Positions 29,761 through 40,482 of a stretch of 64,000 nt of DNA are shown here, in pieces (the first letter of the stretch is position 1; the number at the start of each line of letters is the position of its first letter). The stretch lies in contig JAVRCV020000037.1 of NCBI GenBank assembly GCA_034530615.2, positions 1-64,000 of the forward strand, read 5' to 3'. Made by a program: the position numbers and the translations under genes. Source of the stretch: Aulosira sp. ZfuVER01 (GTDB taxonomy: Bacteria > Cyanobacteriota > Cyanobacteriia > Cyanobacteriales > Nostocaceae). Under the pieces are notes generated by a model. That model did no database searches, was not told the origin of the DNA, and was given only the letters and a program-made list of their open reading frames with translations.

Positions 29761-29998
29761 GATGTTTCTAAATTCACTTTTTGTGCTAGTTAATCTTCAG
29801 TTAAGTAGCTATTAACTTACAGTCCGCAAAATTGAAAAAACTTTGTAATATTAGCAAGCTTGGATTAATAGCCATTAAGCTTGTATGAAGTGCATTAAAG
29901 TCCAGCAATTTTATTTAGATAGAAGTAATTTACCATCAAGAAATTAAAAAATTATGTTGATTTAATAAATTTTTTATTTGTCAGAAATTTCCTATTTT

Positions 29999-31525
29999 TT
30001 AGGCGACAACATCGATTTTTTCTATAAAAACTGGGAGGGTAAACCAGAATGTGCTGCCTGCTCCAGGGCTACTATTAACATCAATCATGCCCCCGTGATT
30101 CTCAATAATTTGACGACACAAGTAAAGACCAAGCCCAGATTTTCCCCGCCGAGATTTCCCTTGAATAAAGCGATGGAAGAGTTTTTCCTTTTCTAGAGGT
30201 GTAATACCTGGACCTTTATCTTGCACAGAAACCTTTATTTCAGTGTCTCCTAGAGTGACTATCTCAAGCACAATTTCTCTGTTGGGCTGACTCACTCGCA
30301 CAGCATTTTCTAGTAGATTTTGTAAAACCCGTTGGATTTCTAAGTTATTCGCATAAACGACTGGCAGTGATGGAGAAATTTTACAAGTAAAAATTATTTC
30401 TTTATTGGAAGAGTTTTTTACTAAAGTAATTACTTTAGTAAGTATGTTTTCCCAATTTATGGCATTACCGACTAGTTGATTGCCAGTTTTATTCCTATAT
30501 TCATATCGAGAAATGTCTAAAAGAGTTTCTACCAGTTTAAGAAGATCCTCATTAGCTTGTCGGTACTCTTCAAGCACCTCCCTAAAGGAGTTGCTGACAT
30601 AGCCAAAAGCGCCTTTGAGCATACAGTCCAGAGTATTGCGAGTAGCTAACAGAGGGGTACGCAAGTCGTGAGAGAGCGCAGAAATCAGGTCTTCAAGTCT
30701 TTGGTTTTGTGCTTTCAGGTTTTGCTGTCGTTGGCTAGCCTTGTTGGCTATTGAATTGAGAATTTTGGTTAGGCGACCGATTTCATCAGTAGAAGCATAG
30801 GGCAGACGGGCCTCAAGCTGACCAGCCTGCCAAAGCTCGCCTATCTTCATCAAATTACGTAGGGGAAGTTCGACTCTTTGAAGCAAAAAATAGATATTCC
30901 AGCTAACTATTAGCAGGATCAAGATTGTACTGATGATATTAACACCAGTGTATATACGGTATAAATACAAGATATGATATCTGCGCTCTTGTAAAAATTC
31001 CTCATGTTTCTCTGACAACAGTTGAATCCGATTGCTCAGAGATACTAATGCAGCCTGTTCTTCAAAAGTAAAGCTGTTAGCAGGCTCAAGGATATGTCTT
31101 TGATTTACTTGGCTGTGCCACTCATTATATAAGTATTTAATCCAATCGATCTGTTGAGCCTTGACCGCAGGCATATCGGACAAAAGATGAGATAGCTTAC
31201 TGAGTCTGTTTGAGAAGGTGCTGCTCATAGGGCTGTAGTCAGGCTGCTGGTTTGCTCTTTCCTCATATGTCAATACATTGAGTAGACGTTGGGTTTCACG
31301 CTCTATCTGTAGGCTATTAGTTATATAATTAGCTGCTTTTTGATTGAGGAACAGTAACCAAAAGTTCCAGCTTTGTTGCAAAACTAGGAAGCAGACTACT
31401 GTACAAAAGCTAAAGTAAACACGAGTTAATAAACGAGTTTTACTCTGGTTGGACTTTGCTTTTAACCCTAATAAGCTACTAGCAAACATTGATATACACA
31501 CCCTTACCCAATAGTTATATGTCAA
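29999..31525 (-). CDS. membrane sensor histidine kinase (TM-periplasmic-TM-HAMP-HisKA-HATPase); start uncertain
   Basis: DEIGRL HAMP, LSHDLRTPL, QNLLENA, D.GPGI, GLGLYLC. Confidence 0.92.
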   Translation of the reverse strand: MTYNYWVRVCISMFASSLLGLKAKSNQSKTRLLTRVYFSFCTVVCFLVLQQSWNFWLLFLNQKAANYITNSLQIERETQRLLNVLTYEERANQQPDYSPMSSTFSNRLSKLSHLLSDMPAVKAQQIDWIKYLYNEWHSQVNQRHILEPANSFTFEEQAALVSLSNRIQLLSEKHEEFLQERRYHILYLYRIYTGVNIISTILILLIVSWNIYFLLQRVELPLRNLMKIGELWQAGQLEARLPYASTDEIGRLTKILNSIANKASQRQQNLKAQNQRLEDLISALSHDLRTPLLATRNTLDCMLKGAFGYVSNSFREVLEEYRQANEDLLKLVETLLDISRYEYRNKTGNQLVGNAINWENILTKVITLVKNSSNKEIIFTCKISPSLPVVYANNLEIQRVLQNLLENAVRVSQPNREIVLEIVTLGDTEIKVSVQDKGPGITPLEKEKLFHRFIQGKSRRGKSGLGLYLCRQIIENHGGMIDVNSSPGAGSTFWFTLPVFIEKIDVVA

Positions 31526-31816
31526 GCAAGCAGCATCACTGAGAGTGATTACTAAATGGCTTAATATACATACTAAATAAGTTTACTAAAATAGATCTAT
31601 AAGATTGCAAGAATATCAGGTTGATTTTTCATAAAAAAATTGTTTTAGAGTTATCGCAGCCTCAGCATTTTTTCGTACGGAATTCAGATGAAATCAAATT
31701 TTAAAGTTTTAATAAAGAAAATCCGAGTAAAAATAAAGTTTGAGTAAAGACAAGAAATTATTCAGTCTTTATTATCAGCTTCAGCCCTACTCAATTCTAG
31801 GTTCCAGCGAGTTAGT

Positions 31817-31842
31817 ATCCCATCGGATAACTGAGTGGATAG
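31817..31842 (+). promoter_or_regulatory. candidate operator ATCC-N4-GGATAACT-N2-GTGGATA upstream of the EPS operon
   Basis: ATCCCATCGGATAACTGAGTGGATAG; an extra half-site GTAGATAGTTTTG lies near 31870. Confidence 0.55.
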
Positions 31843-32034
31843 TTTTGAAAGCTGTCCTGGACGCTATCGGTAGATAGTTTTGTTCCTTGAGTTTTCAAGA
31901 GATGCTGTAAAAAATACTGAATAGTAAGTAAAATGCTCAGTATCTTAATAGTAAAAATCCCAGCTTAATTAAAAAAAATATATTAAAAACATATATTTAA
32001 TGAAAATTTCAATAACGCGGAGATTTTACAATTA

Positions 32035-33258
32035 ATGCGTAAACCAGTTCTAACTATTTTTTATCAATTTAATCCTTGGCAATCTACTATTGGAGGAATA
32101 CAAACACTTATAAATACATTTATTAAATACGCCCCCAGTGAGTTTGAGGTGCGATTAGTAGGGACAGGATGCGATCGCACTCAAACCATTGGTAAGTGGC
32201 AAGCAGCAGAACTAGCAGGTAGAGAAATTAGTTTTTTCCCACTATTTACCTTGGAGAATGATAATGTCAGAAGTCTGATACCAACCACAGTTAAGTATAC
32301 TGCCGCTATGTTTGGTCGTTGCTTCACTTCAGACTTTATGCACTTTCATCGGCTAGAACCAAGTTTAGCCGCCTTAAATTGGCAAGGAGAAAAAACTTTA
32401 TTTATTCATAACGATATTCACACGCAAACTAAGGCAGCAGGTGATAAAAATGCGATTTTGTGGCGCAGGTTTCCTGCCGCATACTTTGCTTTGGAAAGCT
32501 TGCTAGTTAATCAGTTCAGCCAAATTTTTTCATGTAATACTGATTCAGCCCAATTGTATAGGCAGCGGTATCCTCACATAGAAGATCGAGTGGCGTATAT
32601 TAAAAATTCATTTGATAACGAGATTTTCTATCCCTTAAGTCAGGAACAACGGCAGGCACAAAGGCGGGAACTAGCAAAAATGCTGAATTTGAGCGAAGAA
32701 ACCCGGTTTATCCTCTTTGCTGGGCGGCTACATCCGCAAAAAGATCCAATTTTGCTAGTACGTGCGATCGCAGCTTTAAATGAACCACATACTCATTTAT
32801 TAATCGCCGGTGATGGCGAACTAGCAGCAGCAGTACGCACAGAAATTGCTCAATTAGGATTATCCAGTCGGGTAACGATGCTGGGAGCAATTCCCATACA
32901 GGAACTAGCAAGATTGCATCGGATCAGTAATGTCTTTGTTCTGAGTAGTGCCTACGAAGGTCTACCTTTAGTCGTTCTAGAGGCCCTTGCCAGTGGAACA
33001 GCAGTAGTTACCACTAGATGTGGGGAAACGCCAAAATTACTAGCTGCTGACAGTGGGGTTGTCTGCGAACAGCGATCGCCAGAGAGTTTAGCAGCTGCTT
33101 TGCAGCAAGTAATCCTACATCCAGAAAATTACCCAAGTATGTCTTGCGTGCGCGCAGCACACCCTTATGCAGCACGTACTGTTGTCAGGGATGTTTACAA
33201 CGACATGTTTACTCGCTGGGAAAAGCAGAATTTCTCGGCTGTTAGTTGTATAAATTAG
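32035..33258 (+). CDS. GT4 glycosyltransferase
   Basis: GGIQT, LFAGRLHPQKD, SAYEGLPLVVLEALASG. Confidence 0.93.
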   Translation: MRKPVLTIFYQFNPWQSTIGGIQTLINTFIKYAPSEFEVRLVGTGCDRTQTIGKWQAAELAGREISFFPLFTLENDNVRSLIPTTVKYTAAMFGRCFTSDFMHFHRLEPSLAALNWQGEKTLFIHNDIHTQTKAAGDKNAILWRRFPAAYFALESLLVNQFSQIFSCNTDSAQLYRQRYPHIEDRVAYIKNSFDNEIFYPLSQEQRQAQRRELAKMLNLSEETRFILFAGRLHPQKDPILLVRAIAALNEPHTHLLIAGDGELAAAVRTEIAQLGLSSRVTMLGAIPIQELARLHRISNVFVLSSAYEGLPLVVLEALASGTAVVTTRCGETPKLLAADSGVVCEQRSPESLAAALQQVILHPENYPSMSCVRAAHPYAARTVVRDVYNDMFTRWEKQNFSAVSCIN

Positions 33259-33384
33259 CCGTTAAAGCCAACACAAAGACTGAGTGAAGAAAAGTAGTAA
33301 TACTACGGTAAACCCACAAAACGAGCAAATACAAGTATTCAGTCTTAACTATTGACACATTTTTGCAGAAGGTAACTTTTGTCT

Positions 33385-34566
33385 ATGAAAATTGCTGTAA
33401 TCGGTGCCAAGGGTCTACCTCCTAAACAGGGTGGAATTGAACATTATTGTGCGGAAATTTATCCCAGAATGGTTGCACAAGGACACTCTGTAGATTTATT
33501 CGCTCGTTCCTCCTATACTCAAGGTTCTTGGTTTGAGAGTTATAAATTTAAGGGTATCCGAGTTATATCTCTACCTAGTGTCGATTTCAGAGGTATAGAC
33601 GCTTTTTTTACCTCAGCACTGGGAGCAATAGCTGCTAGTGGCAAAAAATATGATATTGTTCATTTCCATGCTCTCGGTCCATCTATATTTACTTTTTTAC
33701 CGAGAATTTTGAGATCTGGAAAAATTGTCGTTACCTGTCATGGATTAGACTGGCAGCGTGCAAAGTGGGGTAGTTTTTCTACTCGCTTAATTCAAATGGG
33801 AGAGAAAACCGCAGTAAATTTTGCCCATGAAGTAGTTGTGGTATCAGAAGCACTGCAAACTTACTTTTTGCAGACATATGGCCGGGAGACAGTCTATATC
33901 CCTAATGCTCCTGCCACCTATGGTGAGTCAGACCCCAATTTTGCCTATGGTAAACAGTTAGGGCTTAAACAGGGACGTTACATTCTATTTTTGGGTAGAT
34001 TGGTACCAGAGAAGCGTCCTGACTTGCTCGTTGATGCCTTCTGTGCCCTCAAATCATCTGGGTGGAAACTTGTCTTGGCTGGAGGTGTGAGTGATACTAA
34101 ATCCTTTACCTCAAAACTATTAGAAAAGGTTGCAAATAATCGAAATATCGTATTTGTTGGTGAACTGAGGGGAACTCGTCTTTGGGAGATTGTTCGGGGA
34201 GCAGGATTATTTGTCCTTCCTTCTGATTTAGAAGGCTTACCTCTATCGATGCTAGAGGCTATGCAGGAAGGAATACCGATATTAGCAAGCAACATCCCGC
34301 CTCACCAGCAATTGATTAATAAGGAACGAGGTATGCTTTTTGAAGCAGGAAATTTGCCATCTTGCATTAATTCTTTAGACTGGGCAATTCATCATCCCCA
34401 ACAACTAGCAGCAATGGCTCGAAATTCACGAAAGTATGTTCAGATGAATTATAACTGGGAGCAAATTACTGCTGACAACTTGAAACTGTATGAAGATATT
34501 TCTAATATTCATGATGACTTCAATAAAATCAAGACAAAAGCAGATTTATCGGTTATAAAAAGCTAG
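33385..34566 (+). CDS. GT4 glycosyltransferase
   Basis: KIAVIGAKGLPPKQGGIE, LGRLVPEK, PSDLEGLPLSMLEAM. Confidence 0.93.
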   Translation: MKIAVIGAKGLPPKQGGIEHYCAEIYPRMVAQGHSVDLFARSSYTQGSWFESYKFKGIRVISLPSVDFRGIDAFFTSALGAIAASGKKYDIVHFHALGPSIFTFLPRILRSGKIVVTCHGLDWQRAKWGSFSTRLIQMGEKTAVNFAHEVVVVSEALQTYFLQTYGRETVYIPNAPATYGESDPNFAYGKQLGLKQGRYILFLGRLVPEKRPDLLVDAFCALKSSGWKLVLAGGVSDTKSFTSKLLEKVANNRNIVFVGELRGTRLWEIVRGAGLFVLPSDLEGLPLSMLEAMQEGIPILASNIPPHQQLINKERGMLFEAGNLPSCINSLDWAIHHPQQLAAMARNSRKYVQMNYNWEQITADNLKLYEDISNIHDDFNKIKTKADLSVIKS

Positions 34567-34687
34567 AAAGCAATAATTATTTTATGGCTGAATATAATTT
34601 TTTTAATATTACAGTGAAGTTAGATTTAATTTAAGTTTTATCAAAAAGTTAGACCTAATTTTCTGTGCTCAATTCTTTAGGATTTAC

Positions 34688-36901
34688 ATGAAAACTAAGG
34701 CTCGAACAGTATCACTAGATTCTTTGGAAATAGACTTACAACAATACTGGCTGATTTTGAAACGTCGTTGGTTTCCTGCCATTAGTGTTTTCTCGTTCGT
34801 GCTAATTGCATCGATGTTGTTTGCTTCTTTGCAAAAACCAATATACCGAGCACAGGGAAAACTTTTACTAAAAGTAGATAGAGTTGCTTCACTTACGGGT
34901 GTGGGTACTGACTTGGGGCAATTTTCACCTTTGACTTTGCAAAGTAGCCCAATGAAGACAGAATCAGAAGTGCTTCTATCAACTCCTTTAATAGAAAAAG
35001 TCATTGCTCAACTCCAGTTAAAGGATAAAAATGGTAATCTGCTGAAAGCAGAAGATCTACAAGGACGATTAGCTGTCAAACAAATTTCTGGAACTGATGT
35101 TTTAGAGCTTTCTTTTGACGAGAAGAACCCTCAAACTGCCGCAGCAGTAGTCAATAAACTGATGCAGGTATATATTAACAATAATATTTTGACCAGCCGA
35201 AAACAGGCGGCAGCAGCGCGGAAAGTAATTACCGAACAACTGCCTAAAAGTGAAACTACAATGCAGCAAGCAAATGTAGAGTTACGTAATTTCAAAGAGC
35301 GAAATGGCATTACCAATCTAGACGAAGAATCCAAAGCTCTTGTGGCAAATGCGTCAGAATTAGAAAAAGAAATTACGAAAGCCCAAACACAGCTTGACGA
35401 TGTTAATTCTCGGTTAGCGTCCCTACGGAATAAAGTGGGCTTAAGCAGTGATGCCGCGATCGCACTCAGTTCTCTCAGTCAATCCCTTAGCGTGCAGCAA
35501 GCACTTAAAGAATATCAAGACATTCAGAGTCAGTTAGCAGGTGCGCGAGCTCTTTATCAAGAGCAGTCGCCTCCAGTTATCACTCTTAAAGAAAAAGAAA
35601 CTGCACTTCGAGCTATTTTGCAGGAACGTACCAATGAAATTCTCGGTCGCTTTAATCTCTCAAATAGAAACTTACAGATCGGGACAATTGAACAACAACT
35701 TATTCAAAAATTTATCGATACCGAAGTAGAAAGATTAGGTTTAGCTAGTCAAGTCAAACGCCTCTCCAATACCAGAGAACTCTACCAAAAGCGTTCCAGA
35801 CTTATACCTAGGCTAGAACAGGGGGAGCGAGAGTTACAGCAACGCTTACAGGCAGCGCAATCGAGCTACGAAAACCTGCTGAAAAAACTTCAAGAAGTGG
35901 AAGTTGTAGAACAGCAGAATACAGGTAATGCAAGCATCGTTGAAATGGCTTCATCCCCAGATAGCCCTGTGCAAAAGCAAAAAATGCTGACACAGGTATT
36001 AGGTGGACTGCTGGCAATATTAGCAGCTCTCATCACCATCATGGTGCTGGAGATGAGTGATAGATCTGTAAAAAGCGTTAAGGAAGCGCGGCAGTTATTT
36101 AATCATCCTTGGCTGGGGTCAATTCCGCAATTTGGCAAGTCTACATTACCTAACCGTAAAAATGCTGACTGGTCAACTCCTACGTTACCAGTACGAGATT
36201 ATCCTCGCTCATCCGTTAGTTCTGCTTATCGTTTGTTACAAGCCAATCTGAAGTTCTTAGATGTAGAAAAAGAACTGAAAACCTTGGTGGTAACTAGTTC
36301 AGTACCTAAGGAAGGTAAGTCTACTATTTCAGCAAATCTAGCAGCAACTATGGCTCAACTTGGCCGTCGTGTTTTGCTGATTGATACCGATCTACACCAT
36401 CCTCAACAACACCACATTTGGAACTTAACGAATGTGGTGGGATTAAGCAATGTAATTGTCAAGCAGATTAATTTTGCTGCTGCTGTCAACAAAGTCATGG
36501 ACAATTTGGATGTGTTGACCTCTGGTGTGATTCCTCCTAATCCCTTAGCAATTTTAGATTCTAAACCGATGCAGGTCTTAGTTGCTTCTGCGGCCCAACA
36601 ATATGATTTTGTCATTTTAGATGGATCGCCTTTAATAGTTGAGGCTGAAGCATTGACTTTAGGCAAGATGACTGATGGCATCTTGTTAGTGGTAAGGCCA
36701 GGAGTGCTGGATTCCACAAGTGCCAATACTGCCAAAGAATTGTTACACCAATCCGCACAAACCATTCTTGGGATAGTTGTGAATTGTGTTGCCTCGGAAA
36801 CCGAATATAACCGCTTTGCCTATTACAAACAGGATCGGGCGGAAGTTATTAATCCTGCGACTTCGCCAGGATTAAGCAATGGCACAACAAGCATTCACTA
36901 A
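34688..36901 (+). CDS. wzc: Wzc/GumC polysaccharide co-polymerase with BY-kinase domain
   Basis: Wzz-like N-terminus, coiled coil, second TM, Walker A SSVPKEGKST, LLIDTDL, VILDGSP, short C-terminal Tyr cluster. Confidence 0.92.
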   Translation: MKTKARTVSLDSLEIDLQQYWLILKRRWFPAISVFSFVLIASMLFASLQKPIYRAQGKLLLKVDRVASLTGVGTDLGQFSPLTLQSSPMKTESEVLLSTPLIEKVIAQLQLKDKNGNLLKAEDLQGRLAVKQISGTDVLELSFDEKNPQTAAAVVNKLMQVYINNNILTSRKQAAAARKVITEQLPKSETTMQQANVELRNFKERNGITNLDEESKALVANASELEKEITKAQTQLDDVNSRLASLRNKVGLSSDAAIALSSLSQSLSVQQALKEYQDIQSQLAGARALYQEQSPPVITLKEKETALRAILQERTNEILGRFNLSNRNLQIGTIEQQLIQKFIDTEVERLGLASQVKRLSNTRELYQKRSRLIPRLEQGERELQQRLQAAQSSYENLLKKLQEVEVVEQQNTGNASIVEMASSPDSPVQKQKMLTQVLGGLLAILAALITIMVLEMSDRSVKSVKEARQLFNHPWLGSIPQFGKSTLPNRKNADWSTPTLPVRDYPRSSVSSAYRLLQANLKFLDVEKELKTLVVTSSVPKEGKSTISANLAATMAQLGRRVLLIDTDLHHPQQHHIWNLTNVVGLSNVIVKQINFAAAVNKVMDNLDVLTSGVIPPNPLAILDSKPMQVLVASAAQQYDFVILDGSPLIVEAEALTLGKMTDGILLVVRPGVLDSTSANTAKELLHQSAQTILGIVVNCVASETEYNRFAYYKQDRAEVINPATSPGLSNGTTSIH

Positions 36902-36907
36902 GAAATT

Positions 36908-38296
36908 ATGAACCTACGATCCCAAGTCCTGCGTGGAGGTGTCTACCTGGCTATTCGCCAAGGGATGGGCATGTTCATTAGTTTAGTTGGCGTGCTCTTT
37001 CTCACCCGCGCCATTGGACCAGAACAGTATGGTCTTTACACTGCTGCATTTGGACTTTTTTATTATCTACAAAACATTAGCCAACTGGGCATTACTGTTT
37101 ACTTGGTGCGTCGAGAAGGAGAAGACAAGGTCACAGTCTACCATCAAGCGTTTACTCTGTTGCTGCTGGTTAGCCTGATTGGGGTTGTACTGAGTCAACT
37201 AGGGGTGCCATTGCTGGCAGGCTGGGTCAATTTAAAAGGCTTCCAACCGATTTTTCAGGTATTGTCTTTGAGTCTACCAGTTGTATTACTTAGCCAAGTG
37301 CCGATGGCAAGAATGGAGCGACAGCTAGACTACAAACAGGTCGCCTGGATTGAATTCGTAGGGCAGATTGCCTACTTCATAGTAGCATTACCAATCGCTT
37401 TTCAAGGAGGTGGTGCCTGGAGTCCAGTGGCAGGCTGGTGGGTACAACAACTGCATCTGTTAGTGCTTTTTTTCTGGGCTGCTAAGTACCAACCGCGCTT
37501 ATGCTGGCAGCCAGATTTAGTCAAGCAAATGCTAGCTTACAGCGTTGGATACTCAGCCTCATTTTGGGTATGGCAACTACGCTCTTTGGTAAACCCCCTA
37601 CTGGTAGGACGCCTGCTTGGTGCAGAAGCGGTAGCCTACATAGCGCTTGCTAGTCGGATGGTGGAATTATTGGGATTCGTCAAGTCTGCTACATATCGCC
37701 TGTCGATCGCAACGCTGGCTCGTTTGCAGAGCGATCGCTATCGTATGAGCCAGGCAATTACAGAAGGTATGGTACTTCAGGTGCTGGCATTAGGCCCATT
37801 TCTGGTGATTGTCAGTTGGTTAGGCCCTTGGTTTCTGCCCTTGCTATTTGGTGTCAAATGGTCGCCTGTGATGCATATCTATCCTTTCATTGCCTTTAGT
37901 CTACTAGCCAATGCTCTATTTAACTTGCATTCTTCTGCTCTTTACGCCCTACAACGTAACTGGGGAATCACACTATTTCACAGCATTCACATTGCCCTAT
38001 TTTTTGCTGTCGCCCTACTACTAATTCCACGATTGGGATTGATTGGTTATGGTTGGGCAGAGGTTGCCACAATCTTGAGTTATGGCGTTATTCATACTTA
38101 TCTGGTACGTGATGTCAGCAGTCCTGACTACAGTTTTGCGGGCTTGTTAGCAGTTGCCTTTGGACTGGCGTTGTTCCCCTATCAATTAGGGTGGTGGGTT
38201 GTCATCGGAGTAGCGATCGCTTTGTTATTACCGAATACGCAGCACAAACTAATTGAACTCTGGAAAAACTTTAGGAGTGCAAGAAATGCCAGTTAA
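36908..38296 (+). CDS. wzx: Wzx oligosaccharide flippase
   Basis: Polytopic MOP-type protein with LTRAIGPEQYGLY and P.ARMERQLDYK motifs, in an EPS cluster. Confidence 0.9.
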   Translation: MNLRSQVLRGGVYLAIRQGMGMFISLVGVLFLTRAIGPEQYGLYTAAFGLFYYLQNISQLGITVYLVRREGEDKVTVYHQAFTLLLLVSLIGVVLSQLGVPLLAGWVNLKGFQPIFQVLSLSLPVVLLSQVPMARMERQLDYKQVAWIEFVGQIAYFIVALPIAFQGGGAWSPVAGWWVQQLHLLVLFFWAAKYQPRLCWQPDLVKQMLAYSVGYSASFWVWQLRSLVNPLLVGRLLGAEAVAYIALASRMVELLGFVKSATYRLSIATLARLQSDRYRMSQAITEGMVLQVLALGPFLVIVSWLGPWFLPLLFGVKWSPVMHIYPFIAFSLLANALFNLHSSALYALQRNWGITLFHSIHIALFFAVALLLIPRLGLIGYGWAEVATILSYGVIHTYLVRDVSSPDYSFAGLLAVAFGLALFPYQLGWWVVIGVAIALLLPNTQHKLIELWKNFRSARNAS

Positions 38297-39233
38297 GACT
38301 TCGGATGCATTACCGCTAGTCAGTATCATAATCAACAACTATAACTATGGGCAGTTTTTAGCAGATGCGATCGATAGCGCGATCGGGCAAACCTATCCCC
38401 ATATTGAAGTTATTGTGGTTGATGATGGCTCGACCGATCGCTCACGGGAGGTAATTGCTAGTTACGGAGACAAAATTATTCCTGTATTCAAACAAAATGG
38501 AGGGCAAGCCTCAGCTTTCAATACAGGATTTGCTGCCAGCCACGGAGACATTATTTGTTTCTTAGACGCCGATGATACTTACAAACCTGAAAAAGTATTT
38601 GAGGTCGTTAATATCTTGCAAAACTATCAAGAAAGCTGTTGGTGTTTTCATATGCTGCAATTTATTGATACAGATCTGAAAACACCCATAGACAGCCACT
38701 ACGATCGCCAAGATACAGGTTTGGTGTATGACTGCGATTTGAAAAATGAGATACGTCAAGGAGGAATCAAGAAAAAATTGCCGTTCTCAATTCCTGCTAC
38801 TTCCGGTCTTTGCTTTACTCGGTCTCTGATACAACAAATTCTGCCTATGCCAGAGGCAGACGGTATCGTACTTAACGATAGCTATTTACAGTTCACAGCT
38901 ATAGCGCTAGCAAAGGGTGTAGCTATAGCTAAGAAACTTGCTTTTCAGCGGGTTCATAGTAACAATACATTTACCCACAAGGCAAATACACAATCAATCA
39001 TTACTGTAAAAATTAATTGCCTGACAGCTTACTGGATTAGAAGAAAATTTCCTTTTTTATTTAAATTTACTAATAACTTTTTTGCCGTTGGGTTAAGCAA
39101 TTACTGGCGTATAAAGTGCAGGGATAGCAGTACAAAAGAGATTATAGACAAGTATTTGATGATTACTCCATTTACCAAAATAATATTGATTTATACTAAA
39201 GCAATTTACTACTGCTTTATCAGGAATTATTAA
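38286..39233 (+). CDS. GT2 glycosyltransferase
   Basis: VSIIINNYNYG, VVDDGSTD, NGGQASAFN.G, FLDADD; ATG 38286 overlaps the end of wzx. Confidence 0.93.
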   Translation: MPVKTSDALPLVSIIINNYNYGQFLADAIDSAIGQTYPHIEVIVVDDGSTDRSREVIASYGDKIIPVFKQNGGQASAFNTGFAASHGDIICFLDADDTYKPEKVFEVVNILQNYQESCWCFHMLQFIDTDLKTPIDSHYDRQDTGLVYDCDLKNEIRQGGIKKKLPFSIPATSGLCFTRSLIQQILPMPEADGIVLNDSYLQFTAIALAKGVAIAKKLAFQRVHSNNTFTHKANTQSIITVKINCLTAYWIRRKFPFLFKFTNNFFAVGLSNYWRIKCRDSSTKEIIDKYLMITPFTKIILIYTKAIYYCFIRNY

Positions 39234-39321
39234 AATCAATTATCGGTAGAGCTATTAAGAAATCAGAATCCAGCAGTTGCAATCTAAACTTCCGCAAAAT
39301 AGCGAAACAATAGGAATTTTT

Positions 39322-40428
39322 ATGAAACTAAAAAAAATTGTTGTTACAGGAGATGGGCTATTCTTAAGGCGCTATCGTCCCTTATTTGAAACCCTGTCAT
39401 TACAATGTGAGCAGTTAGAATATTTATCTGGTGATGAGCCTTTCCGCCTTCCCGTATTGAATAAGGCTGCCAAGCTCTTAAATAAGCTGATTTATCTAAT
39501 TTCCCCTGTTCTAGCAGGAAAACGTCAGAAAAATAAGCAGGCATTCATTAAAAAATCAAAGCGGCTTGAGCGCAGTATCGAGCAGTTAGATTACAAACCA
39601 GATTTCGTATTGCATATTTTTGGTATGTACTGTCCGTTTTGGGAAAAATTTGATATTCCTTACGGTATGTATCTGGACTACACAATGTCTTTAGTTAAGC
39701 ACAATTGGTTGCCTTGGGCACCCTTTTCCAATTACCAAGAATTTACTGCTTGGTTAGAGTGTGAGCGATTAGCTTATCAACGGGCATACCATCTGTTTAC
39801 TATGAGTCACGTTGTTAAATCTTCGTTAATTACAGACTACGGTATTGAGCCTGAAAAAATTACTGTTGTTGGTTCTTTTGCCAATCGTCATACAGTGTAT
39901 GAAGGAGAAAAACCATTTGGCAGTAAACAGATTTTATTTAATGGTGCAGAGTTTGAACGCAAAGGTGGTGATATCGTTTTAGCTGCATTTAAACAAGTTA
40001 AAACTGTTTTACCCGAATCCAAGCTGGTAATTATTGGTAAGCAGCTGGGAATTCAACAGGAGGGTGTAGAAAATCCGGGACAAATTAGTTCTTTAGAAGA
40101 AATGCGTCACCTGTTTCTACAAACCGATCTAGTAGTTGCTCCAGGAAAATGTGACCCATTTCCATCCTTTCTCATCGAGGCGATGAATTATGGAGTTCCT
40201 TGTATAGTTTCTCCCAATGATGGGATGCCGGAAATTGTTGATCCGGGTATTAGCGGCATCGTTGTCGATCCCCTCACACCAGAGTTGCTGGCTGAAAAAA
40301 TCATTCATTTACTAAATGATATTTCAACGCTTACTGCGATGTCTCAAGCAGGGCGACAGAAAGTAAAAACTCAATTGAATTGTGAAAAAGTTGCTGCAAG
40401 TATCAAACAAGTTCTATTAAATAGCTAG
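39322..40428 (+). CDS. GT4 glycosyltransferase
   Basis: ERKGGD, DPFPSFLIEAMNYGVP (D replaces the first E of EX7E), GMPEIV. Confidence 0.9.
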   Translation: MKLKKIVVTGDGLFLRRYRPLFETLSLQCEQLEYLSGDEPFRLPVLNKAAKLLNKLIYLISPVLAGKRQKNKQAFIKKSKRLERSIEQLDYKPDFVLHIFGMYCPFWEKFDIPYGMYLDYTMSLVKHNWLPWAPFSNYQEFTAWLECERLAYQRAYHLFTMSHVVKSSLITDYGIEPEKITVVGSFANRHTVYEGEKPFGSKQILFNGAEFERKGGDIVLAAFKQVKTVLPESKLVIIGKQLGIQQEGVENPGQISSLEEMRHLFLQTDLVVAPGKCDPFPSFLIEAMNYGVPCIVSPNDGMPEIVDPGISGIVVDPLTPELLAEKIIHLLNDISTLTAMSQAGRQKVKTQLNCEKVAASIKQVLLNS

Positions 40429-40482
40429 ATATGTAAATTAAACTTATGTTCAAAAAAATTGCTAATATCTACTATCTTTAAA

